Shown in pieces: positions 28,694 through 38,772 of a DNA stretch of 64,000 bases (position 1 is the stretch's first letter; each line of letters begins with the position of its first letter). The position numbers and the translations under genes were made by a program. The notes beneath the pieces were generated by a model. The model saw only the letters and a program-made list of their open reading frames with translations, was not told the DNA's origin and made no database searches. The stretch lies in the NCBI GenBank assembly GCA_963740355.1, contig CAVUDW010000002.1, positions 96,001-160,000 on the forward strand, read 5' to 3'. This DNA comes from an uncultured Gemmatimonadaceae bacterium. Lineage in GTDB: Bacteria > Gemmatimonadota > Gemmatimonadetes > Gemmatimonadales > Gemmatimonadaceae.

Positions 28694-30394
28694 CTAGAGC
28701 GAAAAATTTACCGTCACGCTGGCCGGGAACGCTGTGACAACGTCTGGTGTCAGCCCACGACCAGAAATGCTCAATTCTCGCAGTCTCGGTAGCCGCGCGA
28801 GTGCAGACAGGCCCGAATTCGTCAGCCCGGCGCAGGAATCGAACGTGACGCGCTCCAGCGAATCCATTCCAGCCAGCAGCCCTGGAGTGGCGTCGGTGAT
28901 TTGCGTGTAGCTGGCGAAATAGGACGTCAGTCGCGGAAGTTGCGTGATGTGCGAGGTGGCGACATCCGTCGTGTCGCGGCAGTACATCAGTACCAGCGAA
29001 TCGAGGTGACTGCACTGCCCGATGTGTCGGTAGCCGGCATCGGGAATATCCATCGGCATCAATTCACGCAGTGCCGGAAACGCGGGCAGTGCCGCGAGCG
29101 CCGTATCGCTCACGTTGCGGCAGCTGACCGACAGCTTGCCGAGAGTGGGGATGCGCGACAAGGCTGCAAAACCGCGATCGCAGAGTCCATAGCAGCGTCG
29201 GCCCCATATCGTCTCGATAGAACGTGACGCACCGAGTGCGGCCCAGGCGTCGTCGCTGGCAGTGGTGTCCTGACAGCCGAGGAAGCGCAGGTGCGGCAGG
29301 CGGGCGATGACTGGCATCGCGTCGTCCTTGGCGTCGAACGTGAGCCAGCCGAGGCGTTCGAGTCCGGTCAGCGACTCCAGACCGCGTCCGGTCAGGTTCA
29401 GCGCCGCATCATCGAGATCGAGTGCGTAGAGACCGTGCAGGCCGGCGAGGTGTGCAAGGCCGTCATCGGTGATTCCGCCTCGCAGCAACAGGCTATTCGG
29501 TTCGGCCTCGTAGCTGGTGAGAGCCGACTCTTCGCTGCCGCCGCGCCAGGCGCTGAAGTGCGGGTAGTCGTGGAAGATGGCGAGGCCAGCATCTGTGATG
29601 CCGTTGCCGCTTCGGAAGTGTCGCAATGCAGGCTTGTCGGCGAAGGTTCTGACGGAGCCATCGCCGCAGTGCGTACCCATCAAGTCGATCCGTTCAAGCT
29701 GAGGCAGCGACTGCAGCGCCGACACGCCGGCGTCCGAGACATGTGTCCATGCCAGCGACAGCGTCTTGAGCGATGTCATGTCACGGAGCGCCATCAAGCC
29801 AGCGTCGGAAATGCCCGTGCCCTGCAAGTCGAGATGCTGCAGGTTCGGCAGCTCGGTGAGCCACCGCAGGCCGTCGTCGGTGAACTGCTGTGAACCATCG
29901 AGGCGCAGCGTGGTCAGGTGTAAAAGTCTCGAGATTTCCCTGGCACGAGCATCGGTCATCTGGCCGTTCGCGTGCAATCCGCTGCTGGCGGGATCGGCAA
30001 GTTGCCGCATCAAGTCACGCCAGTCGCGGGAGCGCGCTTTCGGAGCATCGGCGCTCATACTGGCCGCGGCGAGTACACCCATCGGCTTGGCCGTGAGTTC
30101 TTCGGGCCGAGTTGCTGTGGCGACATCACGCGCCAGGGCATTCCAGTCAGCAAAACCGTTTTCGCGGGCAACGAGCCAGCGTGCATCCTCGAGCGTGATC
30201 TCGACATCGGGGCCGGCAACGCGGCCGAGGTCGATCTGGACGTAGGTGCGCATCGCACTCCAGGCGCGGCGATGCCAGGTCAGGTTCCAGTGCCGCTCCA
30301 TCGCGGCGGGGGTGCCGAGGGTGTAGGCGTCGAGGAGCGCGCGCGCCATCTCCTCATAGTGGGCGAGTGTGTCATCGGCGTCGTCGTGCGTCAT
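28694..30394 (-). CDS. Leucine-rich-repeat protein with an N-terminal helical (ARE.GF..W) domain
   Basis: Many LxxLxL..T.(I/V)(S/T)DxG repeats of ~24-25 aa. Confidence 0.88.
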   Translation of the reverse strand: MTHDDADDTLAHYEEMARALLDAYTLGTPAAMERHWNLTWHRRAWSAMRTYVQIDLGRVAGPDVEITLEDARWLVARENGFADWNALARDVATATRPEELTAKPMGVLAAASMSADAPKARSRDWRDLMRQLADPASSGLHANGQMTDARAREISRLLHLTTLRLDGSQQFTDDGLRWLTELPNLQHLDLQGTGISDAGLMALRDMTSLKTLSLAWTHVSDAGVSALQSLPQLERIDLMGTHCGDGSVRTFADKPALRHFRSGNGITDAGLAIFHDYPHFSAWRGGSEESALTSYEAEPNSLLLRGGITDDGLAHLAGLHGLYALDLDDAALNLTGRGLESLTGLERLGWLTFDAKDDAMPVIARLPHLRFLGCQDTTASDDAWAALGASRSIETIWGRRCYGLCDRGFAALSRIPTLGKLSVSCRNVSDTALAALPAFPALRELMPMDIPDAGYRHIGQCSHLDSLVLMYCRDTTDVATSHITQLPRLTSYFASYTQITDATPGLLAGMDSLERVTFDSCAGLTNSGLSALARLPRLRELSISGRGLTPDVVTAFPASVTVNFSL

Positions 30395-30500
30395 GACCTC
30401 CTCCGATACGCGGGCGTACGCTAAATTTCGGGAAGATCGATCGCAGGCGTGCAGCGTGCCGACTGCATCGTCGCCAGTTTCCCCGCGTCATGCAACGATC

Positions 30501-31064
30501 ATGATGCCAGACCGCGTCTCGCACTACCAACTCTTCGATACCACACTCGGCACCTGCGGCGTGGCGTGGACGGCGCTTGGGCTGAGTCGAGTGCAGCTGC
30601 CGGAACGGGATGTCGCGGCGACGGACGCGCGGATGCGGTCTCGCGGAGGGGTGGCAGCGGATGGTGATGTGCCATCGTACGCTGCCGAATGCATGGCGTC
30701 GATGCGCGCCTACATGGAAGGTGATGCGATCGACTTCCATCAGTTGCCGCTGGATCTCACCGGCATCGTGGAGCAGGAGCAGCTGATTTACGCTACGCTG
30801 CGCCGGGTGCGGTGGGGGGAGACGACGACGTACGGCCAACTCGCACACGCCATCGGCGAACCGAATGCGGCGCGCGTGGTGGGGCGGGCGATGGGGCGCA
30901 ATCCGTGGCCGGTGGTGGTGCCCTGTCACCGGGTGCTGACGGCACAACAAACGACCGGAGGCTTTTCGGCCTACGGTGGCATCGAGACGAAGCTGCACCT
31001 GCTGCGACTCGAAGGGACGCGGATCGAGGACGCGCGGCTGGAGCAGACGGACCTTTTCGCGTAG
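30501..31064 (+). CDS. ogt: Methylated-DNA--protein-cysteine methyltransferase
   Basis: GETTTYGQLA, ARVVGRAMGRNP, VPCHRV. Confidence 0.93.
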   Translation: MMPDRVSHYQLFDTTLGTCGVAWTALGLSRVQLPERDVAATDARMRSRGGVAADGDVPSYAAECMASMRAYMEGDAIDFHQLPLDLTGIVEQEQLIYATLRRVRWGETTTYGQLAHAIGEPNAARVVGRAMGRNPWPVVVPCHRVLTAQQTTGGFSAYGGIETKLHLLRLEGTRIEDARLEQTDLFA

Positions 31065-31091
31065 GTCGCATCAGACCTGGGAGAGCGAGCC

Positions 31092-31556
31092 ATGGACGTC
31101 GAAGTCGACACCCTTCCCGATTTGCGCCTGGCGACGGTGACACACATCGGGCCGTACAACCTGATCGGCGCGGCCTTTGGAAAGCTTGGCGGTATTGCCG
31201 GTGGTGCGGGCCTGTTTGCGTTTCCAGACACCATGATGCTCGCCGTGTATCCGCAGGATCTGGAGGCGACGCCTGAGGCGGAACTCCGTTCGCATGCGGG
31301 GATCACGATCCCGGAAGGCGTGGCCGTGCCGGATGGCTTGCAGGAACTGCGCGTCGCCGGTGGACGGTATGCGCGTGCCACACATATCGGCACGTTCGAC
31401 AAGCTGGGGGCGGCGTGGTCGCGCTTCATCAGCGAGGCGGTGCCGGCGAGCGGGTATCGGCGGAAGGATGGGCCGGCGCTGGAGATCTATCGGAGTGACA
31501 TGCGGACCGCGCCACCGGAGGAATTGCGGACGGATCTGTTGGTGGCGGTGGAGTGA
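31092..31556 (+). CDS. GyrI-like small-molecule-binding protein
   Basis: HIGPY, GGRYARATHIG, LEIYRSD...ELRTDL. Confidence 0.88.
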   Translation: MDVEVDTLPDLRLATVTHIGPYNLIGAAFGKLGGIAGGAGLFAFPDTMMLAVYPQDLEATPEAELRSHAGITIPEGVAVPDGLQELRVAGGRYARATHIGTFDKLGAAWSRFISEAVPASGYRRKDGPALEIYRSDMRTAPPEELRTDLLVAVE

Positions 31557-31620
31557 TGGCTTGGGAGGCGAGCGTGTTGAATCGAATTCGTGCGCGGCGC
31601 GGTAACGCGGAGGTAGCCGC

Positions 31621-31891
31621 CATGAACAGGGAAATCCGGGCGTAAGTCGTGCGGTGGGATTGGCTTGGGCTCCGATCAACGGGTCGGAGATCTTGATCGG
31701 GAAAATCAGGGGGTAAGTCACTCGGTCGGTTGGACTTAGGGTCCGATCAAGGGGTCAGAGATCTTGATGTGGTTTCGTGCGCCCTTTCAACACCAAGGGG
31801 GCAGAGATCTTGAACGGGGAAATCAGGGGGTAAGTCGCTCGGTCGCTGCGACTTAGCCTGCGATCAAGGGGTCAGAGATCTTGATCGATCA
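31621..31891. repeat. REP/BIME-like cluster 1: four AAGGGGTCAGAGATCTTGA-type units with related linkers
   Basis: Units near 31674, 31745, 31792 and 31862; linkers contain TAAGTC..GACTTA. Confidence 0.9.
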
Positions 31892-31914
31892 CGCCCGCTC
31901 CGCTGCAGCCGTCA

Positions 31915-32418
31915 TTAGCGCTCCATCGGCAGGAAGTAGCTGCCGTGTTTCGCGGACACTTCGATGACGCGGGCGATGTCGTCCGGGGCGGGCGGCGAGA
32001 ATGTCGGAAGGTTTCCACCGTCGATCGGTACGCCGCACTCGATGAAGAACCCTTCGAGGCCCGCACCGCAGGTGAGTTGGATGCGGCACATCGCGTCGCT
32101 CACGTTGCGGAAACCGTGATAGGCCCATGACGGCACATGCACCAGGCCACCCTGTGCGACCGGGGTCCAGGTCACGCCGGTCTCGCCGTGGCGACCGAAT
32201 TCAATCGCCCCTTCCGAGATGAGGAAGGTTTCGGCGGGGGCGTGGTGATGAATCGGCACAATCGCGCCAGCCGGTACGCGCATCTCGAGCAGGCAATACT
32301 GCTGGCCGGTGTCACGCTCGGTGAGCTTCCATTCCATCAGAATGCCGAGGATATCGAGCAGGCCGGTGTCGGAGCTGGGGATGAATGACGGCGTCGGTTG
32401 CGCGTAGGCTGTGATCAC
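31915..32418 (-). CDS. Cupin-domain protein
   Basis: PIHHHAPAETF..EG, VHVPSWAYHGFRN; GTGA overlap with the TetR gene. Confidence 0.88.
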   Translation of the reverse strand: MITAYAQPTPSFIPSSDTGLLDILGILMEWKLTERDTGQQYCLLEMRVPAGAIVPIHHHAPAETFLISEGAIEFGRHGETGVTWTPVAQGGLVHVPSWAYHGFRNVSDAMCRIQLTCGAGLEGFFIECGVPIDGGNLPTFSPPAPDDIARVIEVSAKHGSYFLPMER

Positions 32419-33146
32419 GTGGACTTCCTCTTGGTTGGGGAGCTTGGCGCGCGAGTCTTTGCGGCGTTGTTCTTTCGGTTGGTTGCCTCGGTGGCCTTGC
32501 TGGTCGCAGCAGCTTTCGAGGAGCGGCGTGTGTTCGGCGTTCCGTTCGATGTCGAGGAGGTGACGGGCGCACCGTCACGTCTCGCAGCATCGAGGAGCGT
32601 TTCGAGTGCCCAGGCGGCGGCATTTCCTGGCTCGTCGCCCGTGAGTTCGCCGCGGTCGCGCAACAGCTTCCAGAACGGGGCGCTATAGATCGCGAGGCAG
32701 AGTGCGATCAGGCGGCGCTGCTCGATCGGCGACAGCCTGGCGGTGATGTCGGTGAGACTCTTGCGGAAGGCCGGACGACCTTCGAGCGAGCCACGCGCGC
32801 CCAGCTCGGTCGCGGCCGAAAAACTGAGGCTGGCGCGCACGATCGTTTCGTGGCGATCGAACTCACCGAATTGCGTGCGTGCAAACGCCACCACCTCCGC
32901 CTCGGTGGACGGGAACTGTGTTTTCGTTTCCGTGCGGATGCGCTCCCAGAGCGCCTGTATCAGGTCGGTGCGGGTGGGATAGTGCCGATAGGTGGTTCGC
33001 ACGCCGAGGCCGGCCAGCTCGGCAACCCGTTCGTGTGTGACGGGTTCTGCCGGTCCGGCGAGCGTGAGCTGGAGGGCGGCGTCGACGATGAGTTGGCGAG
33101 TAGCGGCGGCCTGTCGTTCGCGGAGCGATGGTGATGAACTGGGCAT
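32415..33146 (-). CDS. TetR-family regulator with a basic low-complexity tail
   Basis: VAELAGLGVRTTYRHYPTRTDL HTH. Confidence 0.9.
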   Translation of the reverse strand: MPSSSPSLRERQAAATRQLIVDAALQLTLAGPAEPVTHERVAELAGLGVRTTYRHYPTRTDLIQALWERIRTETKTQFPSTEAEVVAFARTQFGEFDRHETIVRASLSFSAATELGARGSLEGRPAFRKSLTDITARLSPIEQRRLIALCLAIYSAPFWKLLRDRGELTGDEPGNAAAWALETLLDAARRDGAPVTSSTSNGTPNTRRSSKAAATSKATEATNRKNNAAKTRAPSSPTKRKST

Positions 33147-33147
33147 G

Positions 33148-33188
33148 TGGCAGTAATACTGTCAGCAGCGCATAACTACTGTCAAGTA
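33148..33188 (-). promoter_or_regulatory. TetR operator/promoter candidate
   Basis: TGACAGTA-T-TACTGCCA palindrome just before the ATG; second TGACAGTA half-site overlapping TTGACA. Confidence 0.6.
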
Positions 33189-33225
33189 GCACTCGGCCGC
33201 CTGGATTCAGGACCGACGCGGCTTC

Positions 33226-33423
33226 GATCAAGGGGTCAGAGATCTTGAACGGGGAAATCAGGGGGTAAGTCGCTCGGTCGGTTGGAGTTAGGGTCCGATC
33301 AAGGGGTCAGAGATCTTGATCGATCAAGATCTCTGACCCCTTGGTGTTGTTGCGGCGCAGTGAAGTCGAAACTGCGCGCGGTGCGCGAAATCAACACCAA
33401 GATCTCTGACCCCTTGGTGTTGT
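33226..33423. repeat. REP/BIME-like cluster 2: two forward and two reverse units, 44-bp perfect palindrome
   Basis: CAAGGGGTCAGAGATCTTGATCGATCAAGATCTCTGACCCCTTG at 33300-33343. Confidence 0.92.
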
Positions 33424-33577
33424 GCTCGCGCACAAAGGTGACGACTCCATCATGATGGTTCCGTCATCCAGCCTTAAGGCAACAATCATCCAAATGCTGG
33501 TTCGTGCCTAATGCTGTGCTGCAAGGATTGGGGTGTCATACGTGCAGGTCCCACATCCGACGCTCAGGAGACGGTGC

Positions 33578-34276
33578 ATGCTCAAGCAGTTGCTGGAAAC
33601 GAAGCAGGCGACGCAACGCAAGCCAGTTGGTACCGCAGTCTCGGTGGTGCTGCACGTGCTGGTGATCGGGGCCGCGATTCAGTTCACACAACACACGGCG
33701 CAGGCGCTGACGAAGCCGGATGAGACACGTGTCGTCTTCCGTGACGTGAAGCCGGAACCGGTAAAGCCGCACGAGGCACCGCCGCCGGATGCGGTGGCAC
33801 AGCAGCCCGCCGCGCGAGGATTCCCGGTGCTGAAGGCACCCATCGATGTGCCGGTCGACATTCCCGCCGTAGACCTGACCGCAGCTCATACCGATGCCAA
33901 TGCCTTCACGGGGACCGGTGTCCCTGGTGGCACTCCGGATGGCGTGGTGGGCGGCACGCCGGTGAACACGGATCTGCCATTGCTCGATTTTCAAGTCGAC
34001 AAGGCAGCGGCCGCCATCCCGGGGAACAACAACCCGGTCTATCCAGCGCAGCTGAAAGCGGCAGGCGTGGAAGGTGAGGCGCTGGTCACCTTCGTCGTGG
34101 ACACACTCGGCCGAGCCGAAGCGGGATCATTCAAGGTGCTGCAGGCGACACACGATGCGTTCGGCGAAACGGTGCGCGCAGCCCTGCCACGGATGCGATT
34201 CCTGCCGGCGGAATCGAACGGGAAGAAGGTGCGCATGGTGGTCCAGCAGAAGTTTGCGTTCGCGCTCGACAAGTAG
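33578..34276 (+). CDS. TonB-family energy transducer
   Basis: TM with SVVLH; Pro-rich linker; YP..GVEGEALVTFVVD..G, F.PA..NG; AGGAG RBS. Confidence 0.9.
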   Translation: MLKQLLETKQATQRKPVGTAVSVVLHVLVIGAAIQFTQHTAQALTKPDETRVVFRDVKPEPVKPHEAPPPDAVAQQPAARGFPVLKAPIDVPVDIPAVDLTAAHTDANAFTGTGVPGGTPDGVVGGTPVNTDLPLLDFQVDKAAAAIPGNNNPVYPAQLKAAGVEGEALVTFVVDTLGRAEAGSFKVLQATHDAFGETVRAALPRMRFLPAESNGKKVRMVVQQKFAFALDK

Positions 34277-34360
34277 GACGGATTGTCCCGCGCGTCCCGC
34301 ATCCCGTTCGCTGGGCGTGAACGGGGTGCGGGACGACGCGCAGGATGACAACTTCCCGTC

Positions 34361-35515
34361 ATGAATGGTGACGAGAGAGAAACGGTGACCGCGGGCGCGG
34401 CGCAGGTCAGCCGGCGGACGATCGTACGTACTGGCTTCGCCGCCGCCGGAGTGCTGCTGGCCGAGCGTCTGTTCGGGCAGGCGGGTCGATTCGCGAGTGC
34501 ACCGCCAGGACTGATCATTCGCAATGCGCGTCCCCTGGATGCGGAAGCGCCGATGGCGGCGCTGCAGCGCGAGATCACGGCCACCAGCGAGTTCTTCGTG
34601 CGCAGCCATTTCGGGCCGCCGAGCAGTCTGCCAAGCGCGTGGACGTTGACGATCGACGGTGAGGTGGAGCGGCCGCTGACGTTGTCGCTGGCGGAGATCC
34701 GTGCGCTGCCAAGCGTGACGCGACCGGTGACGCTGGAATGCGCGGGCAATGGTCGGGCGTTGTTCGCGTTGCCGAGTAGTTCAGGGGTGCAATGGGAATT
34801 CGGCGCGGTGAGCACTGCGACTTGGACCGGCGTCCCGCTGCGCGCCTTGCTCGAACGCGCGGGCACGAAAGGCTCGGCGCAGCACTTCTGGACGGAAGCC
34901 GCCGATCGCGCGCCGTCGCCTGGCGTGCCGGCCTTCACGCGAAGCATTCCACGCGCTATCGCCGAGTCGGACGCGCTGGTGGCGTACGAGATGAATGGAG
35001 CGCCGATACCAGTGCTGCATGGTGGACCGCTGCGGCTGATCGTGCCTGGATGGTTCGGCATGGCGTCGACGAAGTGGCTGACGCAGATCCATGCACGAGC
35101 GACGGAGTCGGACAATCACTTTCAGGTGCGCGGCTACAGGTATGCCGATGGCAGCGCGGTGACGACGATGCGCACGAAGTCGGTGATTACGTCGCCGGAG
35201 AGCGGAACACGGGTGAAGGCTGGACGCGTGCAGGTGCAAGGGCAGGCGTGGACGTCGCTCGAGAGTGGTGGGATTCGCGGCGTGGACGTTTCGGCAGACG
35301 GCGGAACCACATGGACGCCGGCGACGCTGATCGGCGATGAGCGCCCGGGTGCTTGGCGCGGCTGGAAGGTCACGATCGATGTGCCAGCCGGGCCGCTGGT
35401 CGTGATGGCGCGTGCGACCGACCGGGCTGGCGGCGTGCAGCCACTGAAAGCGGCCGCCAATGGCGGTGGCTACGGCAACAACTCCATCCATCAGGTGCCC
35501 GTTCGTGCGGAATAG
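34361..35515 (+). CDS. Tat-exported sulfite-oxidase-family molybdoenzyme (SorT/SorA/SoxC-like)
   Basis: SRRTIV Tat signal; FFVRSH, LECAGNGR, AYEMNG..HGGPLRL..PGW, KWL. Confidence 0.92.
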   Translation: MNGDERETVTAGAAQVSRRTIVRTGFAAAGVLLAERLFGQAGRFASAPPGLIIRNARPLDAEAPMAALQREITATSEFFVRSHFGPPSSLPSAWTLTIDGEVERPLTLSLAEIRALPSVTRPVTLECAGNGRALFALPSSSGVQWEFGAVSTATWTGVPLRALLERAGTKGSAQHFWTEAADRAPSPGVPAFTRSIPRAIAESDALVAYEMNGAPIPVLHGGPLRLIVPGWFGMASTKWLTQIHARATESDNHFQVRGYRYADGSAVTTMRTKSVITSPESGTRVKAGRVQVQGQAWTSLESGGIRGVDVSADGGTTWTPATLIGDERPGAWRGWKVTIDVPAGPLVVMARATDRAGGVQPLKAAANGGGYGNNSIHQVPVRAE

Positions 35516-35882
35516 TTCACACGTGGCCAGGGCCATTGCCGTGACCGTGCTGCTGAGTGCGTGCGCACGAGGCGGGATGTCCGCCGGGCAGCCGTCGGGC
35601 GCCCCCGCTGATGCGGATGCGGTGCTGGCTGCGAAGCTCGGTGCGGACGAGGCGGCGTCGATCGCGGCGCTACCGGGCGGTACTGGGCACGATCTGGTGC
35701 TGACGAACTGCATCGTGTGCCATTCCGCCGCGATGATCCTGCAGCAGCGGAAGGACTCCGCGGGCTGGGAGCGGACGATGACGCAGATGGTGACCTGGGG
35801 CGCACCGGTGTCGGCGGAGCAGCGGCCTGTGCTGGTCGCGTACCTGAACAAACACTTCGGACCCGGGGCCGCGAAGCCATAG
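35505..35882 (+). CDS. Monoheme cytochrome c lipoprotein (SorB/SorU-like partner)
   Basis: Lipobox LLSAC; CIVCH; overlaps the oxidase stop. Confidence 0.85.
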   Translation: MRNSSHVARAIAVTVLLSACARGGMSAGQPSGAPADADAVLAAKLGADEAASIAALPGGTGHDLVLTNCIVCHSAAMILQQRKDSAGWERTMTQMVTWGAPVSAEQRPVLVAYLNKHFGPGAAKP

Positions 35883-35981
35883 TCGGCGGTCGGGAGACGG
35901 CGCCCACCAAGCACGCGGTGCGAAACCGCGGCGGCGCCAGCCCGTATCACATGGGTCGCTCCCTGCCTGTGGAGGCACCCT

Positions 35982-36878
35982 ATGCGCCGTTCTACCCCGT
36001 TCGCCCTCTCTGCCGTCGCCCTGCTGACGGCTGCATCACTTCTCCCCGCCGTGGCTCAGGCGCAGGCTCGCGCGTCGGCCACCGCTGCGCCCGTGGCGCC
36101 GCGTACCATGCCAGCCGGCCGGTACGAGTTCACGAGCACCGAGGATGACGGCGACGTCACGTCGGGCGCTGTGGCGTGGACGGGCAACCTGCTTCGCATC
36201 GATCTCGATCGGAGTCGCAATCGCGCCCGCCACGGCAACAGCAACGGCGTGACCGTCAGCACGGGCAACCGGCGCGGTGAATACATGCTGGTGGATTTTG
36301 CCAGCAACACCGTGCGCACGGTGAAGCCGGAAGAACATGAAATCAGTGAAATGCCGTTGGCGACGTTCGAACAGATCATCGGCAAGGCACTCGGCATGGT
36401 CGGCAGCGTGGTGCAGATGCAGGTGCGTGACGCCGGCATCATCGCCAAGGAAGTTGGTCCCGGCGGCGAAGTGGCTGGCCTGCCGACGGAGCAGTTCCGC
36501 GTGATCGAGGAGTACAATGTGCGCATCGGTGTCTTCGGCATGAACGCCGAAGAAAAGCATCATCGCGTGGTGACCGACTACTGGGTGCCGACGTCGATGT
36601 CGATGCCGCGCAATCCGATGTTCGAGCTGCTGATGCGGAGTGCCAGCGCCACAGCGCAGCAGGATGCAGTGCATCAGGCGAATGTGTCGCGTGCTCGCAG
36701 CGCGCTTTTTCGGGGCTTCCCGATGAAGGCGACGGTGACGGTCACGGAGACGGGTGAGTCACCGAAGCGGGCGACGGTGGAGATCACGTCGCTGTCATCG
36801 GCCACGCCGGATGCCGCGATGTTCGTGCTGCCGGCAGGGTATCGCGTGAAGAAAAACGACCTCAACTTCTCGCTTTGA
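35982..36878 (+). CDS. Exported protein, DUF4412-like
   Basis: Signal peptide; GFPMK..V and F.LP.GY motifs. Confidence 0.65.
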   Translation: MRRSTPFALSAVALLTAASLLPAVAQAQARASATAAPVAPRTMPAGRYEFTSTEDDGDVTSGAVAWTGNLLRIDLDRSRNRARHGNSNGVTVSTGNRRGEYMLVDFASNTVRTVKPEEHEISEMPLATFEQIIGKALGMVGSVVQMQVRDAGIIAKEVGPGGEVAGLPTEQFRVIEEYNVRIGVFGMNAEEKHHRVVTDYWVPTSMSMPRNPMFELLMRSASATAQQDAVHQANVSRARSALFRGFPMKATVTVTETGESPKRATVEITSLSSATPDAAMFVLPAGYRVKKNDLNFSL

Positions 36879-36941
36879 CCAATCTCTGATCGATCGTCCT
36901 TCGCACCAGCGCAACGCAGTTGATCGCGCTGGTGGGGACCG

Positions 36942-38633
36942 TTACTGCGGACCCTGCGTCCCGCGCGCCTTGTCGAGCGCGTCGGCCAGGGTTCGGTCGT
37001 GTCCGTACACATCGTTGAAGTAGCGCACACCGCCGTTGGCATCAGCGACGGCGGTCTGATAGACGATCAGCACCGGAATCGGCTTCGGAACGCGGACGAA
37101 GCGCTCGACACCGGCATTCATCGCTTCGGTGATCTTCGAGTCGGTCCACGCGGGCTGATTGCCCAACACGTAGCGCGCCATTGCCATCGGGTCACCGAGT
37201 CGCACACAGCCGTGGCTGAAGTCACGACGCACCCGCGAGAAGAGGCTGCGTGACGGCGTGTCGTGCAGGTAGATGTCGTACGGATTCGGCAGCAGGAACT
37301 TGACCTTGCCGAGCGAGTTGTCGTCGCCCGACTTCTGCCGCACCATGACGCCGGTGCCGATGCGGGCGATGTTGCCACGCGTGTTCGGCAACAGGCGGCC
37401 GTTCCCGGTCGTGAGCTCGTAGTTGTGCTTGTTCAGATACCCCGTGTCGCTGCTCGCCGCCGGGAGAATCTCCTTCAGCATGATCGACTTCGGCACATGC
37501 CACTGCGGGCTGAAGACGACTTGTGTCATGTTGGCCGCGAACACCGGTGTCGCGTTCGAGTCGGCGCGGCCGATGACGACGTTCATGCTCAGCGGATCGG
37601 CTGAGTCACCTTGGAATCGCCCGTACGTATGGAGGCGATACTCGGGGAGATTCACGACCAGTGGATCGTTGGAAAACGTGCGCGGCAACCAGCGCCAGCG
37701 CTCGATGGCCATCGCCAGTCGCTCGGTGCGGTTCTGGTATTCGTCGAGAAGTGTGGCGAGCACCGGTGCCGTGAGCGTGCCGGTGATGCGCCCTTTCTTG
37801 ATCTTGCGATTCTGCCAGCGCGTGATCGCATCGGCGAGCGGCTTGGTGTAGGTCGTGTGAATCGATGCAACCGGGAACGTGCGCGGGAGTTCGCCGAGGC
37901 GGACGAGCACGACCGCCAGCGCATGTGCATCGGCATACCGACCACCGGTGTTCACCGGTCGCGCTGGTGCCGCGGGCAGATGCCACGCCGGATCAGCGTC
38001 CTGCGCACGTGCGGCAGCGAGGCCTTCCACCAGCAGCTGATAGCTGCGCGTCTGCGGTTCGAGCGAGGCGAACACCTCACCAGCTGGGCGTCCCGTCGCC
38101 AAGGCGCTGCGCACCGTGGCGAGGTCGAGCTCCGCCGGCGCCAGTGACCACTCCACATGCACACGCGCCGGATCGACGCGGCCCTGCCGATGGATGAATG
38201 CGTGTCGGGCAACAGCGATATCGAGGCCAAGGTCGAACAGTCCGCGTTCCGTGGCGGTAGCCTTTCGCGACTCGAAGACCTTTGCGATGCTGTCCAGGAC
38301 CGCGACGTCCGCCCGCTCTGCCTGCGATGATTCGTCATCACTGGCGAGGTATGTGAGCAGTGGGCGTGCGGCAGCAACGGGAGCACCACTACCGGTGGTC
38401 CAGCGAATTCCTGCCGTCGAATCCGACGCGCGGGTGTCGCGCACGATGCGCTGGACATCGACGAAGCGGCCACCATTGGTGAGCCACGGGTGCGCGCCGA
38501 GCAGGAGCGTCGATGCGACGGTATCCGGTCGTATCTGGGCGGAAACCACCGAACCACAACAAAGAGCCGCACCAACGAGGGCCGCGGTGCGGAGGCGCGC
38601 GGCGAACGCAGCAACTGACGAGACTGGCGGCAC
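36942..38633 (-). CDS. L,D-transpeptidase (YcbB/LdtD-like)
   Basis: ERWRWLP, VNLPEY, NSLGKVKF, YLHDTP, FSHGCVR. Confidence 0.92.
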   Translation of the reverse strand: MPPVSSVAAFAARLRTAALVGAALCCGSVVSAQIRPDTVASTLLLGAHPWLTNGGRFVDVQRIVRDTRASDSTAGIRWTTGSGAPVAAARPLLTYLASDDESSQAERADVAVLDSIAKVFESRKATATERGLFDLGLDIAVARHAFIHRQGRVDPARVHVEWSLAPAELDLATVRSALATGRPAGEVFASLEPQTRSYQLLVEGLAAARAQDADPAWHLPAAPARPVNTGGRYADAHALAVVLVRLGELPRTFPVASIHTTYTKPLADAITRWQNRKIKKGRITGTLTAPVLATLLDEYQNRTERLAMAIERWRWLPRTFSNDPLVVNLPEYRLHTYGRFQGDSADPLSMNVVIGRADSNATPVFAANMTQVVFSPQWHVPKSIMLKEILPAASSDTGYLNKHNYELTTGNGRLLPNTRGNIARIGTGVMVRQKSGDDNSLGKVKFLLPNPYDIYLHDTPSRSLFSRVRRDFSHGCVRLGDPMAMARYVLGNQPAWTDSKITEAMNAGVERFVRVPKPIPVLIVYQTAVADANGGVRYFNDVYGHDRTLADALDKARGTQGPQ

Positions 38634-38772
38634 TTGGGGAGGCAGAGAGGGTTCGAGCGACGTCGGGCGAAAGATGACGGGCGGAGTGCTCAGTTAGTAG
38701 CACCCCGCCCGTCATTGACGTTCTTCAGCCCTTCTCGGTCAAAACTTCACTGCGAAGGAACACCCTCGACGG

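Noticed and set aside
28694..30394. LRR protein as a bacterial NLR
   Set aside because: No P-loop NACHT/STAND domain or recognisable effector domain
31674..31890. CRISPR array or integron attC cassette array
   Set aside because: Linkers are homologous to each other; I found no attC RYYYAAC/GTTRRRY structure and no integron integrase
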